Positions 1 through 12,385 of a stretch of DNA of 64,000 bases are shown here, in pieces. Under the pieces are notes generated by a model that made no database searches, had not been told where the DNA came from, and was given only the letters and a program-made list of their open reading frames with translations. A program made the position numbers and the translations under genes. The first letter of the stretch is position 1. Every line of letters begins with the position of its first letter. Source of the DNA: Octopus sinensis (Eukaryota); assembly GCF_006345805.1 (NCBI RefSeq), contig NC_042999.1, positions 168,392,001 through 168,456,000 on the forward strand, given 5' to 3'.

Positions 1-643
1 TACATATATATATACATAAAAACACACATGTATATATATATATATAAGAAATATTGAATTTCTAAATCTCTCGTAGAGACCTGTACGGTGGTGGGGCGAT
101 AGAATGGTTGTATACTGTCAATCTAACAAGAACGTGACAGTAGGGGGTACACCACCGTTGTATAGCCCTTGGAGTTATAAATGATTGCTTTTTGTAAATA
201 CCTATCCATGTCTTAACATACAAATGAATAGACTTTTGTATAACCGCTTATTTAGTTTATTGTCTATAAGTTAATTTCAGATATAAATTGTTATTACGAT
301 AAACTAATATGATTTATTTAACTAATAATCTGACCGCCTATTGTTTACAACAGATCAAGCAGATAAGTTCAAATGAATTAGCCAATTAGAAATAGCTTAT
401 GATTTAAAATAACCGCCCCCTAACCCCCAATGATTTTGAAAATCTTTAATATACATATAACATAAGCATAAATAATGTGGATTAAATTTAGCTTTGACAA
501 AAAGTTAGGAATTACTCTTTTGGATTTTACAATTGAATTTGTTTGCTTTACGTGGATGTATAAAATGATAACTATATTCTGATTGTCTGGTTTATATGCT
601 TATACGCATGTATTTTTGTATGCATTTATATTTATATGTATGA

Positions 644-1158
644 ACTAGCAGTATCGCCCGGCGTTGCTCGGGTTTGTAAGGGAAATAACTATATAAGCAT
701 TTTTAGAGAGTTACTTCCCTTATAGATGCCAATTCGGGCTTTCTTAGCCATTTCTGTTTTGGTGTCTTCAAGCCATGAAGTCGTTGTTCTAAAAGAACGC
801 TGGTCTCCTTGACAACGCATTACGACGTTGATTTCCTTAAACTCCCTTCCCCACAGCTTCACGAGGGAGGGAAGAAGGGGGAGAAGCAAACAGGTGCAGC
901 TGTGACCATGGACGCCAACTCCGCCGCCATCGACACACGAAAAATTATGCATTAAAATGGAATAAAAAATGATGTTAAATTATTTTTAAAATCGTAGACT
1001 CATCGTAGACGCGCGCTAATACTCAGACGGGCTCGATATGAATCACGACTATAAGATACCCGAATTTGGTTAAACTGCACCGCAAAATGTGGGAGTAGTT
1101 AGGAATCTAAATCGAAGGGGACAGACACTCACACAACTACAGTTTTATATATATAGAT
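644..1158 (+). mobile_element. Non-autonomous Helitron/Helentron-like element, copy 1
   Basis: Starts ACTAGCAGTATCGCCCGGCGTTGCTCGGG (subterminal hairpin) and ends GACAGACAC...TATATAGAT. No TIR or TSD. Near-identical second copy at 8859-9374. The superfamily assignment is by resemblance to Lep1/DINE-like termini. Confidence 0.6.
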
Positions 1159-1678
1159 ATATGAATATATTGAATCTTGTATCGCGAATTTTATGATATG
1201 TTAGAAGACATAGTATGTAAGATCTGTTGAAGATTATTGTTAATACAATAATATTGTTGTTACTGATAAGCATAGATGTGTTTATATGTTCTAATGTATT
1301 TATATACATATATGACGTATGGTATATCCACTGGAATATATTGTTTGTGTTCATTAATGTATTTTGCACATGTGAATAGTATATATGCTTTGCTTATGTA
1401 TGTATATGTGTGTATATATGTATTTGTATATACATATATAGTTCAAAGTGAGATAGGGGCTATGAGTGTAACCCACTATGGGATATCAGTTATCCAATAT
1501 ACTGCTGGTGAAGCACCCAAAAGGCAAATACATAAATGCTTATAATTGCAATGCAATTAATTCATTTATTGTTTCGGATGGGCGAAGGTAAAATATTTTA
1601 CCTCAAATTCATAATACAAAATAAGAAAATGGAGGAACAGATTCCTTTCAATCATCGACTTAATATCTGTAAGTATTT

Positions 1679-1728
<50 letters not shown>

Positions 1729-1771
1729 TTGTTTATTGTTTATTTTTTATATATTAAGTAATATGTTTAGT

Positions 1772-3804
1772 ATCATCATCATCATCATTTAGCGTCCGTT
1801 TTCCATGCTAGCATGGGTTGGACGGTTCAACTGGGGTCTGTGAAGCCGGAAGGCTTCATCAGGCCCAGTCAGATCTGGCAGTGTTTCTACGGCTGGATGC
1901 CCTTCCTAACACCAACCACTCCGCGAATGTAGTGGGTGCTTTTTACGTGCCACCCGCACAGGTGCCAGACAGAGCCGGCAAACGGCCATGAACGGATGGT
2001 GCTTTTACGTGCCACCGGCACAGGGACCAGGCGAGGCTGGCAACGGAACGAATGGATGGTGCTTTTACGTGCCACCGGCACGGGGGCCAGGCGAGGCTGG
2101 CAACGGACACGAGTGGATGGTGCTTTTACGTGCCACCGGCACGGAGGCCAGACGGGGCGGCGCCAGTAATGACCACGATCAGATGGTTCGCTTAACCACA
2201 GCTGCAATTTCCACTGATGTTGATCGACCTCAATTTTGGTTCTGCTTTCTGATATTTGATTTGATTTGATTTGGTTTGATTTTGATTTTGACTGTTCTCA
2301 ACTGGTCTTGCCGGGACTTCTCACGCACAGCATACTTCCATAGGTCTCGGTCTCTAGTCATTTCCTTGGTGAGACCTAAAGTTCGAAGGTCGTGCTTCAC
2401 CGCCTCGTCCCAGGTTTTCCTGGGTCTACCTCTTCCACAGGTCCCCTCAACTGCCAGGGTGTGGCACTTTTTCACACACCTATCTTCATCCATTCTCGCC
2501 ACATGACCATACCAGCGCAATCGTCTCTCTTGCACACAACATCTGATGCTTCTTAGGTCCAACTTTTCTCTCAAGGTACTTACACTCTGTCAACTATGAA
2601 CACTGACATTACACATCCAACGGAGCATACTAGCTTCATTTCTTGCGAGCTTACGCATATCCTCAGCAGTCACAGCCCAAGTTTCACTACCATGTAGCAT
2701 GGCTGTACGTACACATGCATCATACAGTGTGCCTTTTACTTTGAGCGAGAGGCCTTTTGTCACCAGCAGGGGTAAGAGCTCTCTAAACTTTGCCCAGGCT
2801 ATTCTTACTCTAGCAGTTACACTTTCAGCACACCCGCCCCCGCTACTGACTTGGTCACCTAGGTAGTGGAAGCTATCAACTACTTCTAGTTTTTCTCCCT
2901 GAAACGTGATAGAAGTTGGTCTCTGCATATTTTCAGAGTTTATTGCTCCTGAGCATCTGCCACAGATAAAAACTATTTTCCTAGTTAGTCTTCCTTTGAC
3001 ATTACTACATCTCTTATGTGTCCATAGCTTACATTTGGTGCATCTTATAGAGTTTCTACTTACGCCTTTTCTACAGATCGAGCAAGGCCATCTACCTGAA
3101 GGCATTTGTGATTGGTCTACCTTCCTACTTATTAGGACTTTGGTTTTGGCTAGGTTGATTTTAAGGCCCTTCGATTCTAAACCTTGCTTCCATACCTGAA
3201 ACTTCTCCTCCAGTTCTGATAGAGACTCAGCAATTAGAGCAAGGCCATCAGCATAGAGGAGCTCCCAGGGGCATCCTGTCTTGAATTCCTCCGTTATTGC
3301 CTGGAGGACTATGATAAATAGGAGGAGACTGAGGACTGAACCTTGGTGGACCCCTACCTCTACCCGGAATTCTTCACTGTACTCGATGCCAACCCTCACC
3401 TTACTAGCAGCGTCTCTGTACATGGCTTGTACAGCTCTCACTAACCATTCATCTATCCCTAGTTTCCTCATTGACCACCAGATAAGGGATCGGGGGACCC
3501 TGTCGAAGGCTTTCTCCATATCGACAAAAGCCAGGTATAGGGGCTTGTCTTTGGCTAGGTATTTCTCCTGCAGCTGTCTTATCAGGAAAATAGCATCAGT
3601 AGTACTTTTCCCTGGCATGAACCCAAACTGCATCTGATCTAAGCTAACTCTCTCTCAAATTAGTTGGGCTATAACCCTCTCCGTAACCTTCATTACCTGA
3701 TCTAGCAGCTTGATACCCCTGTAGTTATTTGTATATAGGGTGTCACCTTTACCTTTGTAGCAGTTGACTATTATGCTGCTACACCAGTCATTGGGTATGA
3801 CTCT
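1772..3804 (-). mobile_element. RTE-clade LINE, 5'-truncated (RT domain, C-terminus, 3' UTR with ~60-bp tandem repeats, (ATG)n tail)
   Basis: ORF 2590..3633 has QFGF, LAFVDMEKAFD, GVHQGSVLS, LLYADG, SGGGC. ORF 2230..2574 has RRLRWYGHV and GRGRPRKTW. The minus-strand reading NDW...NYRGIKLL extends to ~3804. There is a frameshift near 2580 and an (ATC)n tail at 1772. Confidence 0.92.
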
Positions 3805-3830
3805 AATATTAATATTTTTAAGTTCATTAT

Positions 3831-3957
3831 AACCTCTGACGAGGCCTATGGTTTTTTAATATGTAAGTATTATATTTTTTAAATGCCTATGTTGACATCT
3901 ATAGGCAATGAAAATTAAATTTACTTTTGACCATAGGCTGAAACAGCTGTAAGAAGT
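3831..3957 (+). ncRNA. Type I hammerhead ribozyme motif, helix I degenerate
   Basis: CTGACGA (3836-42), helix II G-GCCTATGG / CCATAGGC-T, GAAA (3940-43), palindromic ACAGCTGT, GUA site at 3949-51. Only 2 bp of helix I remain. Confidence 0.6.
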
Positions 3958-4269
3958 AATTTTTAGGATTTCAATTATTTATACTATGACTTTTAAAATC
4001 TGTATTTGTATTATTATCTTATCTATTGATTTATATAATATTTTGTATGCTTTTGATGTTCTCATTTGTAGAATGAATAAATAATCCAACATTATAATAT
4101 CAGTAAGTTGATGAACAAACCAAATTTGTTTCTCCATTTTCTTATTTGTATTATATATGTATATATATATATATATATAAATATATATATAATATACTGT
4201 GAATTTTGATTTAGTATGCTAAATTGAAATTTTTTCCCTGTTAGTTTGGAATTATTACATTCCCTAACT

Positions 4270-4306
<37 letters not shown>

Positions 4307-4517
4307 TATATATATATGTATATAATGTATATAATATATTTCGTTTTTGGATTTGGTTTACAAGATTCTTTATGTGAGTTCGTGTGTTGAAGCATATTCT
4401 GTTGAGTCTGGGGAGAGTCATTTTCTTTTTGTGCCTTATAATTTAAGACACTCACCGGTAAAATCTCCACTTTTTTCTCATTTTTATTTTCCTAAAATTT
4501 TCATTGTGTCTTGCAAC

Positions 4518-5920
4518 TTTACCACCCACTATCTTCAGCAGCGAAGAATAGCACCACACAGCACTGGAGTGGCTGGACCGCACCCACCCAAAACCCTGAG
4601 AACAACAATCAGGTAAAGGAAATGATTGCATATGCAATAGGAGCCAGCGTAAAATCCACCTTGGAAAACCACATAGTAAAGTTTAATAAAAAAAAACTAT
4701 ACATGCAGGTTCAAGGTGCAGCCATTGGTATAGGTATAGCTGGAGATGTGGCTGGCCTCTTCATGACATGGTGGGACAGAAAAGTTAAACAAATGTTAGC
4801 AGAACAGTCCACAACTCTTCTACTCTACAGTAGATATGTAGATGACATAAACATAATAGTCAGAACCAACTCTAGTGACGGTAATGTAGAGTCTGGGAAG
4901 AATGTAATGGAGAGCATCCAGCAAATAGCTAACTCCATTCACCAAAGTATCAAGGTAACTATAGATTACCAAACTAAGCACCCTAACAATAGACTCCCTG
5001 TACTTGATACTGAACTTTGGTTAGAGACTGTGAACAATAGAGTGCAGCTCCTCCACTTTTATTACATGAAACCCATAGCTTCAAAATATGTTGTTCACAA
5101 GAACTCAAATTTGTCACACAACTTGAAAATTAACAAACTGATAGCAGACCTAGTTAGAATAATGGACAATGTGTCCCCACTGTGCGAACCCTATGAAATG
5201 AAGAAACATATACAGAACTTCATACACCGCATGCAGTTCTCTGGATATGATCAGAAAGATAGGGTTTCGTGTATACAGGGAAGCTAGAAAGAAATTAGAC
5301 AACATTATACGTAATGATAACAGTGGTACCTGACTTGATATAGAAACAAAGAATGGAATAGGATACAAAGAACTTGTGACAAAGCAAACAGGGCGAACAC
5401 ATGATATAAAACCGATAAATATCAAGGAGTGATGTTTGTAGAGGCCACAGCCCATGGAGAACTAGTCCGTAGATTTAGAAAAGTCCTGAAGGAGACCAAA
5501 CTCAACATTAAGATTGTTGAAAAGCCAGGGAAATCCGTCAGATCACAGCTATGTAGAACATACCCCTTTGAGAATACCATATGCACCAATGATAACTGCA
5601 TGGTATGTAGGATTAGCCCTGATATCAACTGTAGAACTCAAAATGTAGTTTACAGCATAAGATGCATAGAAGGTGCTTGTAAAGACGTGAACATGACGTA
5701 CATAGGAGAGACATCTAGGAGCATTGCGGAATGAATAAATGAACATCTGAGACAATATGACGACAGAAAACAGTCCTCGTTATTCTACCAACATGCCAAA
5801 GACCACCATGGAGGCAACTTGGGTCAACTTGGCATCCGCATCTTATCTAAGCACCCAAAAGACCCAACGCTCAGACAAATACGGGATAAATGAAACCTCC
5901 CCAATACTAAATAGGAAATA
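4518..5920 (+). mobile_element. Penelope-like element fragment (RT plus GIY-YIG endonuclease), disrupted
   Basis: ORF 4511..5287 has QVQGAAIG, YSRYVDDI, RLPVLD. ORF 5429..5734 has a CCHH-like C..C..C segment, VVYSIRC and YIGETSRS (GIY-YIG). Stops and frameshifts lie between them. Confidence 0.9.
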
Positions 5921-5989
5921 TACACAGTAAATACCATACCTCCATACCCACAGTTTACACAGGTAGAGTAGAATAGTTCGTGGACTGTT

Positions 5990-6490
5990 AGGTAGATAAA
6001 TGTATGTATGTGGGTGTGAGTGTGTTTGTATGCACTAATATTTTTCTTTTCTTTTTTTTTTCTGTATGTAAGCATATAGATATGAAAATAAACAGATCAA
6101 TATAAAGACGGATAGGTATATAGACTATAGGAACAGACACATATGGAGACACGGATCCACACATATAAAGATGCACATTCATACATATAAACATGGTACA
6201 TAGTTACATAACACACACACACACACACACACATGCACACACAAGGAGACAGAGGTGCATACATATACAAACACACGCTCACACACGCATACATAGAAAA
6301 TACACAAACACGGACAGACAAGCACATAAATATACAGGATACGTACATACATATATACATATGCATGCACACACATATATACATACACACACATGCAAAA
6401 ACACACACACATACATATGTACATGCATGCATGTATAGGCACACACACACGCACGCACACACACACACACATGCACACAAACAAAGAAAA
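5990..6490. repeat. (TG)/(CA)-rich low-complexity tract
   Basis: Direct reading. It generates the spurious CV/HT-repeat ORFs. Confidence 0.9.
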
Positions 6491-6664
6491 GGGAACGCAG
6501 TGTAAATATCGGACAGGGTAAAAACTATTGAAAACGTTGCAAGACGCAACGAAAATTTTAGGAAAATAAAAGAAAAAAGTGGAAATTTTACCGATGAGTG
6601 TGTTAAATAATAAGGCATAAAAAGAAAATGACTCTCCCCAGACACAACATCATAAGTATATATA

Positions 6665-8580
6665 TTTTAGCCAAAGATAAACCCCTATACTTAGCTTTTG
6701 TGGACTTGGAGAAATCCTTTGACAGGGTCCCCCGATCCCTTATCTGGCGGGCGATGCGGAAACTGGAGATTGGCGAATGTTAATAAGGGCTGTACAGGCC
6801 CTTTACAGAGAGGCTGTTAGTAAGGTTAGGATTGGCAATGAGTACTGTGAAGAATTCTGGGTAGAAGTTGGCGTCCACCAAGGCTCAGCCCTCAGTCCCC
6901 TTCTATTCATCATAGTCCTCCAGGCAATAACAGAGGAATTCAAGTTGGGTTGTCCCTGGGAGCTCCTCTATGCTGATGACCTAGCCCTCATAGCAGAATC
7001 ACTACCAGAACTAGAGAAGAAATTTTGTGTGTGGAAGCTAGGTTTAGAATCAAAAGGCCTCAGAGTCAATGTAGCAAAGACCAAAGTTCTAGTAAGTAGG
7101 AAGGCGAACTCAACACACACCCCTTCAGGTAGGTGGCCCTGCTCGATCTGTAGAAAAGGTGTAGGTAGAAACTCCATAAGATGTACCCAGTGTAAGCTAT
7201 GAACACATAAGAGGTGCAGCAAAATCAAAGGAAAATTAACTGATAAGATAGCTTTTGTGTGCGGCAGATGCACAGGGGCAATAGACACCATTGATACTCA
7301 GAAAACAGATTCCATTACACTCCTGGGGGAGAAACTAGAAGAAGTTGATAGTTTCTGCTACCTAGGTGACCAAGTTAGTAGTGGTTGGATGCTCAGAGAG
7401 TGTTACCACTAGAATAAGAATAGCCTGGGCAAAGTTTAGGAAGCTTCTTCCCCTACTGGCGACAAAGGGTCTCTCGCTCAGAGTGAAAGGTAGATTATTT
7501 GACACATGTGTGTGAACTTACATGCTTCACAGCAGTGAAACATGGGCCGTGACTGCAGAGGACATGCGTAGGCTCAAAAGAAATGAAGCTAGCATGATCC
7601 GCTGGATGTGTAATGTCAGTGTCCATGCACGACAGAGTGTACGTGCCCTGAGAGAAATGCTGAACATAAGAAACGTCGGATGCAGCTTGCTGGAGAGACA
7701 TTTGCATTGGTATGGCCATGTACTACGGATGGATGAGGAAAGATGTGTGAAGAAGTGCCACTCCCAAACTGTTGAAGGAATCCGGGTTAGGGATAGACCC
7801 AGGAAGACATGGGACGAGGTGGTCAAGCACGACCTTCGTACGTTGAGCCTCATAGAGGCTATGACGAAATACCGAGACCTCTGGAGATATGCTGTGACTT
7901 TGAAGACCTGACAAATGAAGTGAGTTCATAGCTTGCAGGATGGCCTGCTGCGCTTGAGGAAACCTATTGTGTCAAGTACATCAACATCAAAATAAAAATC
8001 GAATGGATATTGTAGTAGTGATACCCGTGCCGGTGGCACGTAGGGCCTCACAGAGAAAATGACGAAGACCGAGACACCTGAGATATGCTGTGACTGTAAA
8101 GACCCGACAAATGAAGTGAGTTCGTGGCTCGCAGGATGGCCTGCTGTGCTAACCTTGGATTGTAGGGCGACCTGCTGTGCTGTTCTTGAGGAGACCTGTT
8201 GAGTCAAGTATGTCAACACTAACATCAAAATCAAAATCAAATGGAAAATGTATTTAAGACACCCATACCGGTGACACAAAATGCACCGTCTGAAGGTGGC
8301 GCCTGACTGGCATCCGTGTTGGTGACACGTAAAAGTACCAACCGATCGTGGCCGTTTGCCAGCCTGCTCTGTCCCCTGTGCCGGTGGCACGTAAAAAACA
8401 CCCACTACACTCACGGAGTGGTTGGCATTAGGAAGGGCATCCAGCTGTAGAAACACTGCCAGATCAGACTGGAGCCTGGTGCAGCCTCCTGGCTTCCCAG
8501 ACCCCGGTCGAACCATCCAACCCATGCTAGCATGGAAAACGGACGTTAAATGATGATGATGATGATGATGATGATGATGT
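6665..8580 (+). mobile_element. RTE-clade LINE, 5'-truncated, degenerate, with partly duplicated 3' region and (GAT)n tail
   Basis: ORFs 6777..7202 (GVHQGSALSP, LLYADD) and 7522..7911 (HLHWYGHV, RPRKTW). The 3' UTR has GGAAGGGCATCCAGC and a (GAT)n tail at ~8550-8580. Confidence 0.9.
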
Positions 8581-8858
8581 TTATATCAGATCTTTCAGTT
8601 ATTTCTGAAACCAACCAATCAACAAAGGATTTGAGTATCTGGGATAAAAAAAACTGAAGATAGTCTTAGTACATTCACAGGAAAATTCTGAAAGAGTTGT
8701 CATGTGAAGGCTTGCACTGTAGCTCCCAATTCATTCTAACACCATCATGAATGATACTAACATTTCTTAATACAGCTTCTTGCAATTAATATTTTTTTTT
8801 TTTTGTACAGTATTCAAAACAGAGAAACCAACACTTTTCTCTCTAGATTTTATATAAT

Positions 8859-9374
8859 ACTAGCAGTATCGCCCGGCGTTGCTCGGGTTTGTAAGGGAAA
8901 TAACTATATAAGCATTTTTAGAGAGTTACTTCCCTTATAGATGCCAATTCGGGCTTTCTTAGCCATTTCTGTTTTGGTGTCTTCAAGCCATGAAGTCGTT
9001 GTTCTAAAAGAACGCTGGTCTCCTTGACAACGCTTTACGACGTTGATTTCCTTACACTCTCTTCCCCCACAGCTTCATGAGGGAGGGAAGAAGGGGGAGA
9101 AGCAAACAGGTGCAGATGTGAGCGTGGACGCCAACTCCGCCGCCATCGACACACGAAAAATTATGCATTAAAATGGAATAAAAAATGATGTTAAATTATT
9201 TTTAAAATCGTAGACTCATCGTAGACGCGCGCTAATACCCAGAAGGGCTCGATATGAATCACGACTATAAGATACCCGAATTTGGTTAAACTGCACCGCA
9301 AAATGTGGGAGTAGTTAGGAATCTAAATCGAAGGGGACAGACACTCACACAACTACAGTTTTATATATATAGAT
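8859..9374 (+). mobile_element. Non-autonomous Helitron/Helentron-like element, copy 2
   Basis: Same termini and body as 644-1158, with only scattered substitutions. Confidence 0.6.
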
Positions 9375-9830
9375 TTATCAAAATTCACACTTAGACAGAA
9401 TTTTAATGCATGTAGGCAAGCACCTAGATATTCTAGGAAACTTATTTGATACAAAATTGGCATACAATCATTTTGGAAAAGACATTATATTTTAAATTTT
9501 CTAAATACTCTATTGGTTAAACACTATTATATGAATGTTCGGATCAATTAGACATCTTATACTTGAATACACAAACACTGTTTAATTTCCACAATTATAA
9601 AGAAGCAAATAAACACACAATCAATATAATGCATCATACATTGCTAGTAGCAACCCTGTTGAAGCTGGTGTGCAACATGCTCGCTGTTAAAATGCATCTG
9701 GTCCTAATGCAAACTCACACTATAACACAATGCTACACTAACCTGTGAGGAAAGTGTATGATGTTGCTTCACCTGCTCAGTTTGGCAGCCAAATCTCTTT
9801 ATTAACCGATTACTATTTTTAAAATGTAGA

Positions 9831-10040
9831 CTCTCTTTACTCTTTTACTTGTTTCAGTCATTTGACTGCAGCCATGCTGGAGCACCGCCTTTAGTCGAGC
9901 AAATCGACCCCGGGACTTATTCTTTGTAAGCCCAGTACTTATTCTATCGGTCTATTTTGCCGAACCGCTAAGTGACGGGGACGTAAACACACCAGCATCA
10001 GTTGTTAAGCAATGCTAGGGGGACAAACACAGACACACAA

Positions 10041-10075
<35 letters not shown>

Positions 10076-10244
10076 CATATATACGACAGACTTCTTTCAG
10101 TTTCCGTCTACCAAATCCACTCACAAGGCTTTGGTCGGCCCGGGGCTATAGCAGAAGACACTTGCCCAAGATGCCACGCAGTGGGACTGAACCCGGAACC
10201 ATGTGGTTGGTTAGCAAACTACTTACCACACAGCCACTCCTGCG
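9831..10244 (-). mobile_element. tRNA/CORE-type SINE (family A), full length
   Basis: Head GGAGTGGCTGTGTGGTAAG...GGTTCAGTCCC, CORE-like TTGGGCAAGTGTCTTC, internal (TA/TG)n, tail GCATGGCTGCAGTCAAATGACTGAAACAAGTAAAAGAG. Multiple copies in the window. Confidence 0.85.
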
Positions 10245-11115
10245 ACTGTGTTTTAAGATTTAAATTTGAGATCAGAATTTCAGCTGACTACCTCCTTACT
10301 TGATAAGTAGATCAACTAAACAAGGTTGGAAACAGCAATACTAACAGACATATATATGTATATATAATAAATTACCTGGTAAATATACCAGTATATGCAT
10401 GAAATAACAAAATCTATTCAATTGTTCAAGTTTATAATGACCAGTATAATGAACTACAGATGTAAATATTTTGCTTAACTAAAAACATTATTAAGAGAGC
10501 ACCATACGTACAATTATCCGAACATACACTCTCTAAGTACATACTATCATAACTCTACACAAATCTACACTCACTACTATAACTATACACAAGCAAGGTC
10601 ACACTCGGACTGCAGAGCCTCCAGGTTATACATGACACCATTGTATATTTATATAATATTATATTTTCAATTACATCTCAATTCACCTAAAAGTAGAGCC
10701 TTGTGAGGATTATGGAAATAGGCAGCACATTTCCAGGTGAGAACAGGTGAAGAGAAGCAAGGAAGAGATTACAGTTCTCGATAGTAGTAAACAGTGTGTG
10801 AATAGATGAAAGCTTACATTTTACTCCATGATAATATTTGGTTACAGGAGAGTATTGTTACTTCTAATAATATGATCAGTGATTGATTTTACTGATGTGA
10901 TGCTACCACCTACTTCTCATAACACAGTGAGTGATGCACTGTATGTTTACAATGCTGTAGGCTATGTCTACTAATATACTGTTCTGATAGGGGCTCTGGC
11001 TCACCTTTTAAAGTTTCAGTTTACTTGTATTGACATTAAATAATCCATGTACATACCTGAGCTATTTGTAAATATTTAAATTTCAGTCACTACTTTGTTG
11101 CTGTACAATACTACT

Positions 11116-11625
11116 TTCATCATCATCATCATCATCATCGTTTAACATCCGCTTTCCATGCTAGCATGGGTTGGACGGTTCAACTGGGGTCTGGGGAGCC
11201 CGAAGGCTGCACCAGGCCAGTCAGATCTGGCAGTGTTTCTACAGCTGGATGCCCTTCCTAACGCCAACAACTCCGAGAGTGTAGTGGGTGATTTTATGTG
11301 CCACCGACACAGGTGCCAGACGAGGCTGGCGAACAGCCATGCTCGGATGGTGTTTTTTATGTGCCACCGACACAGGTGCCAGACGAGGCTGGCAGACGGC
11401 CACGCTCAGATGGTGTTTTTATGTGCCACTGACACAGGTGCCAGATGAGGCTGGCGAACGGCCACGATCGGATGGTGTTTGTTACGTGCCCACAGCACGG
11501 AGGCCAGTCGATGCGGTACTGGCTACGGCCACGTTCGGATGGTTTTCTTGTGTGCCACCGGCACTGGTACCACAAAGATACAAATTCCATTGATGTTCAT
11601 CTATTTTGATTTGTTTTGATTTTGT
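11116..11625 (-). mobile_element. RTE 3'-UTR-only insertion (with ~5 tandem ~60-bp units)
   Basis: (CAT)n tail followed by the same sequence as 1772-2290. No coding part. Confidence 0.8.
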
Positions 11626-12019
11626 GTACACAATTGATAATGTCCGGTGATACTGAAGTGGAATCATTCAATGTAAATGCCTCCTAATTCCTCTAAGATT
11701 TGAAGGGTCACTGCTTCTCTGTATCATTGTTTTATCTAGGACACTAGTCTATGTTTAATAAGGTTTCCTATTATCCAGTACTTATTCTCAATAACTAGAT
11801 AAGCTGAACTATGCAAGTTTAGGTGTGTCACACTCATATAAGACAGAATGCTTGCAATAGAATTTGAACTCAACTGTGTTGAGCAGCCTTGGATAGTTTG
11901 TCCCTTTTCAGGTTTTTAATTGTGGCAGGAAATTGCTGGCATGAAGAGTGAGTAAATTGTAATAGCTTAACCAAGAATAAAGTCAGTGTCACAGACTTCT
12001 GAGCATGAACAATAAGAGT

Positions 12020-12385
12020 AAAATGCTAGTGTTGAGAATTGAAATTGAATGATGAACTTGACCAGCTTACTTGGACATCATGGTTCTCACTAATTCTTTC
12101 ATGAGCATTGCTATCACTTATTTTGTGAAAGGTTGGAGAGTCCAGTTTGCTGGACATTGTTATAGAACTGAAAACGAGGCAATTTTTACTCTTCTCCTCT
12201 GGAAACCATCTACTCGTGATACCAGAGGGCGCACACTCTCCTACCCTGATGTAATCTCCAGGGATACAGGCATCCAGCAATAGGACCTCCGTAATGCTAT
12301 GATGGACCGTGAAGTCTGGCGTAGCATAGTAAATTCCATTGTCTCAACCACGGTCAAACAATGATGACTGATGATGATGATCACT
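12020..12385 (+). mobile_element. Second RTE-family 3' fragment
   Basis: Reads LLLWKPSTRDTRGRTLSYPDVISRDTGIQQ.DLRNAMMDREVW with a (TGA)n tail. Homologous to 19740-19958. Confidence 0.75.

Noticed and set aside
1477-1587. Possible first exon (ATG GGA TAT CAG...GGGCGAAG|GTAAAA) of the receptor gene
   Set aside because: It has no signal-peptide character and ends in phase 2, with no linking exon found to the phase-0 exon at 17685.
6536-6610. CCGATGA/GTGTGTT and GTTGC-AAGAC-GCAAC-GAAAATTTT resembling HHR parts
   Set aside because: No consistent helix I and no canonical core can be assembled.
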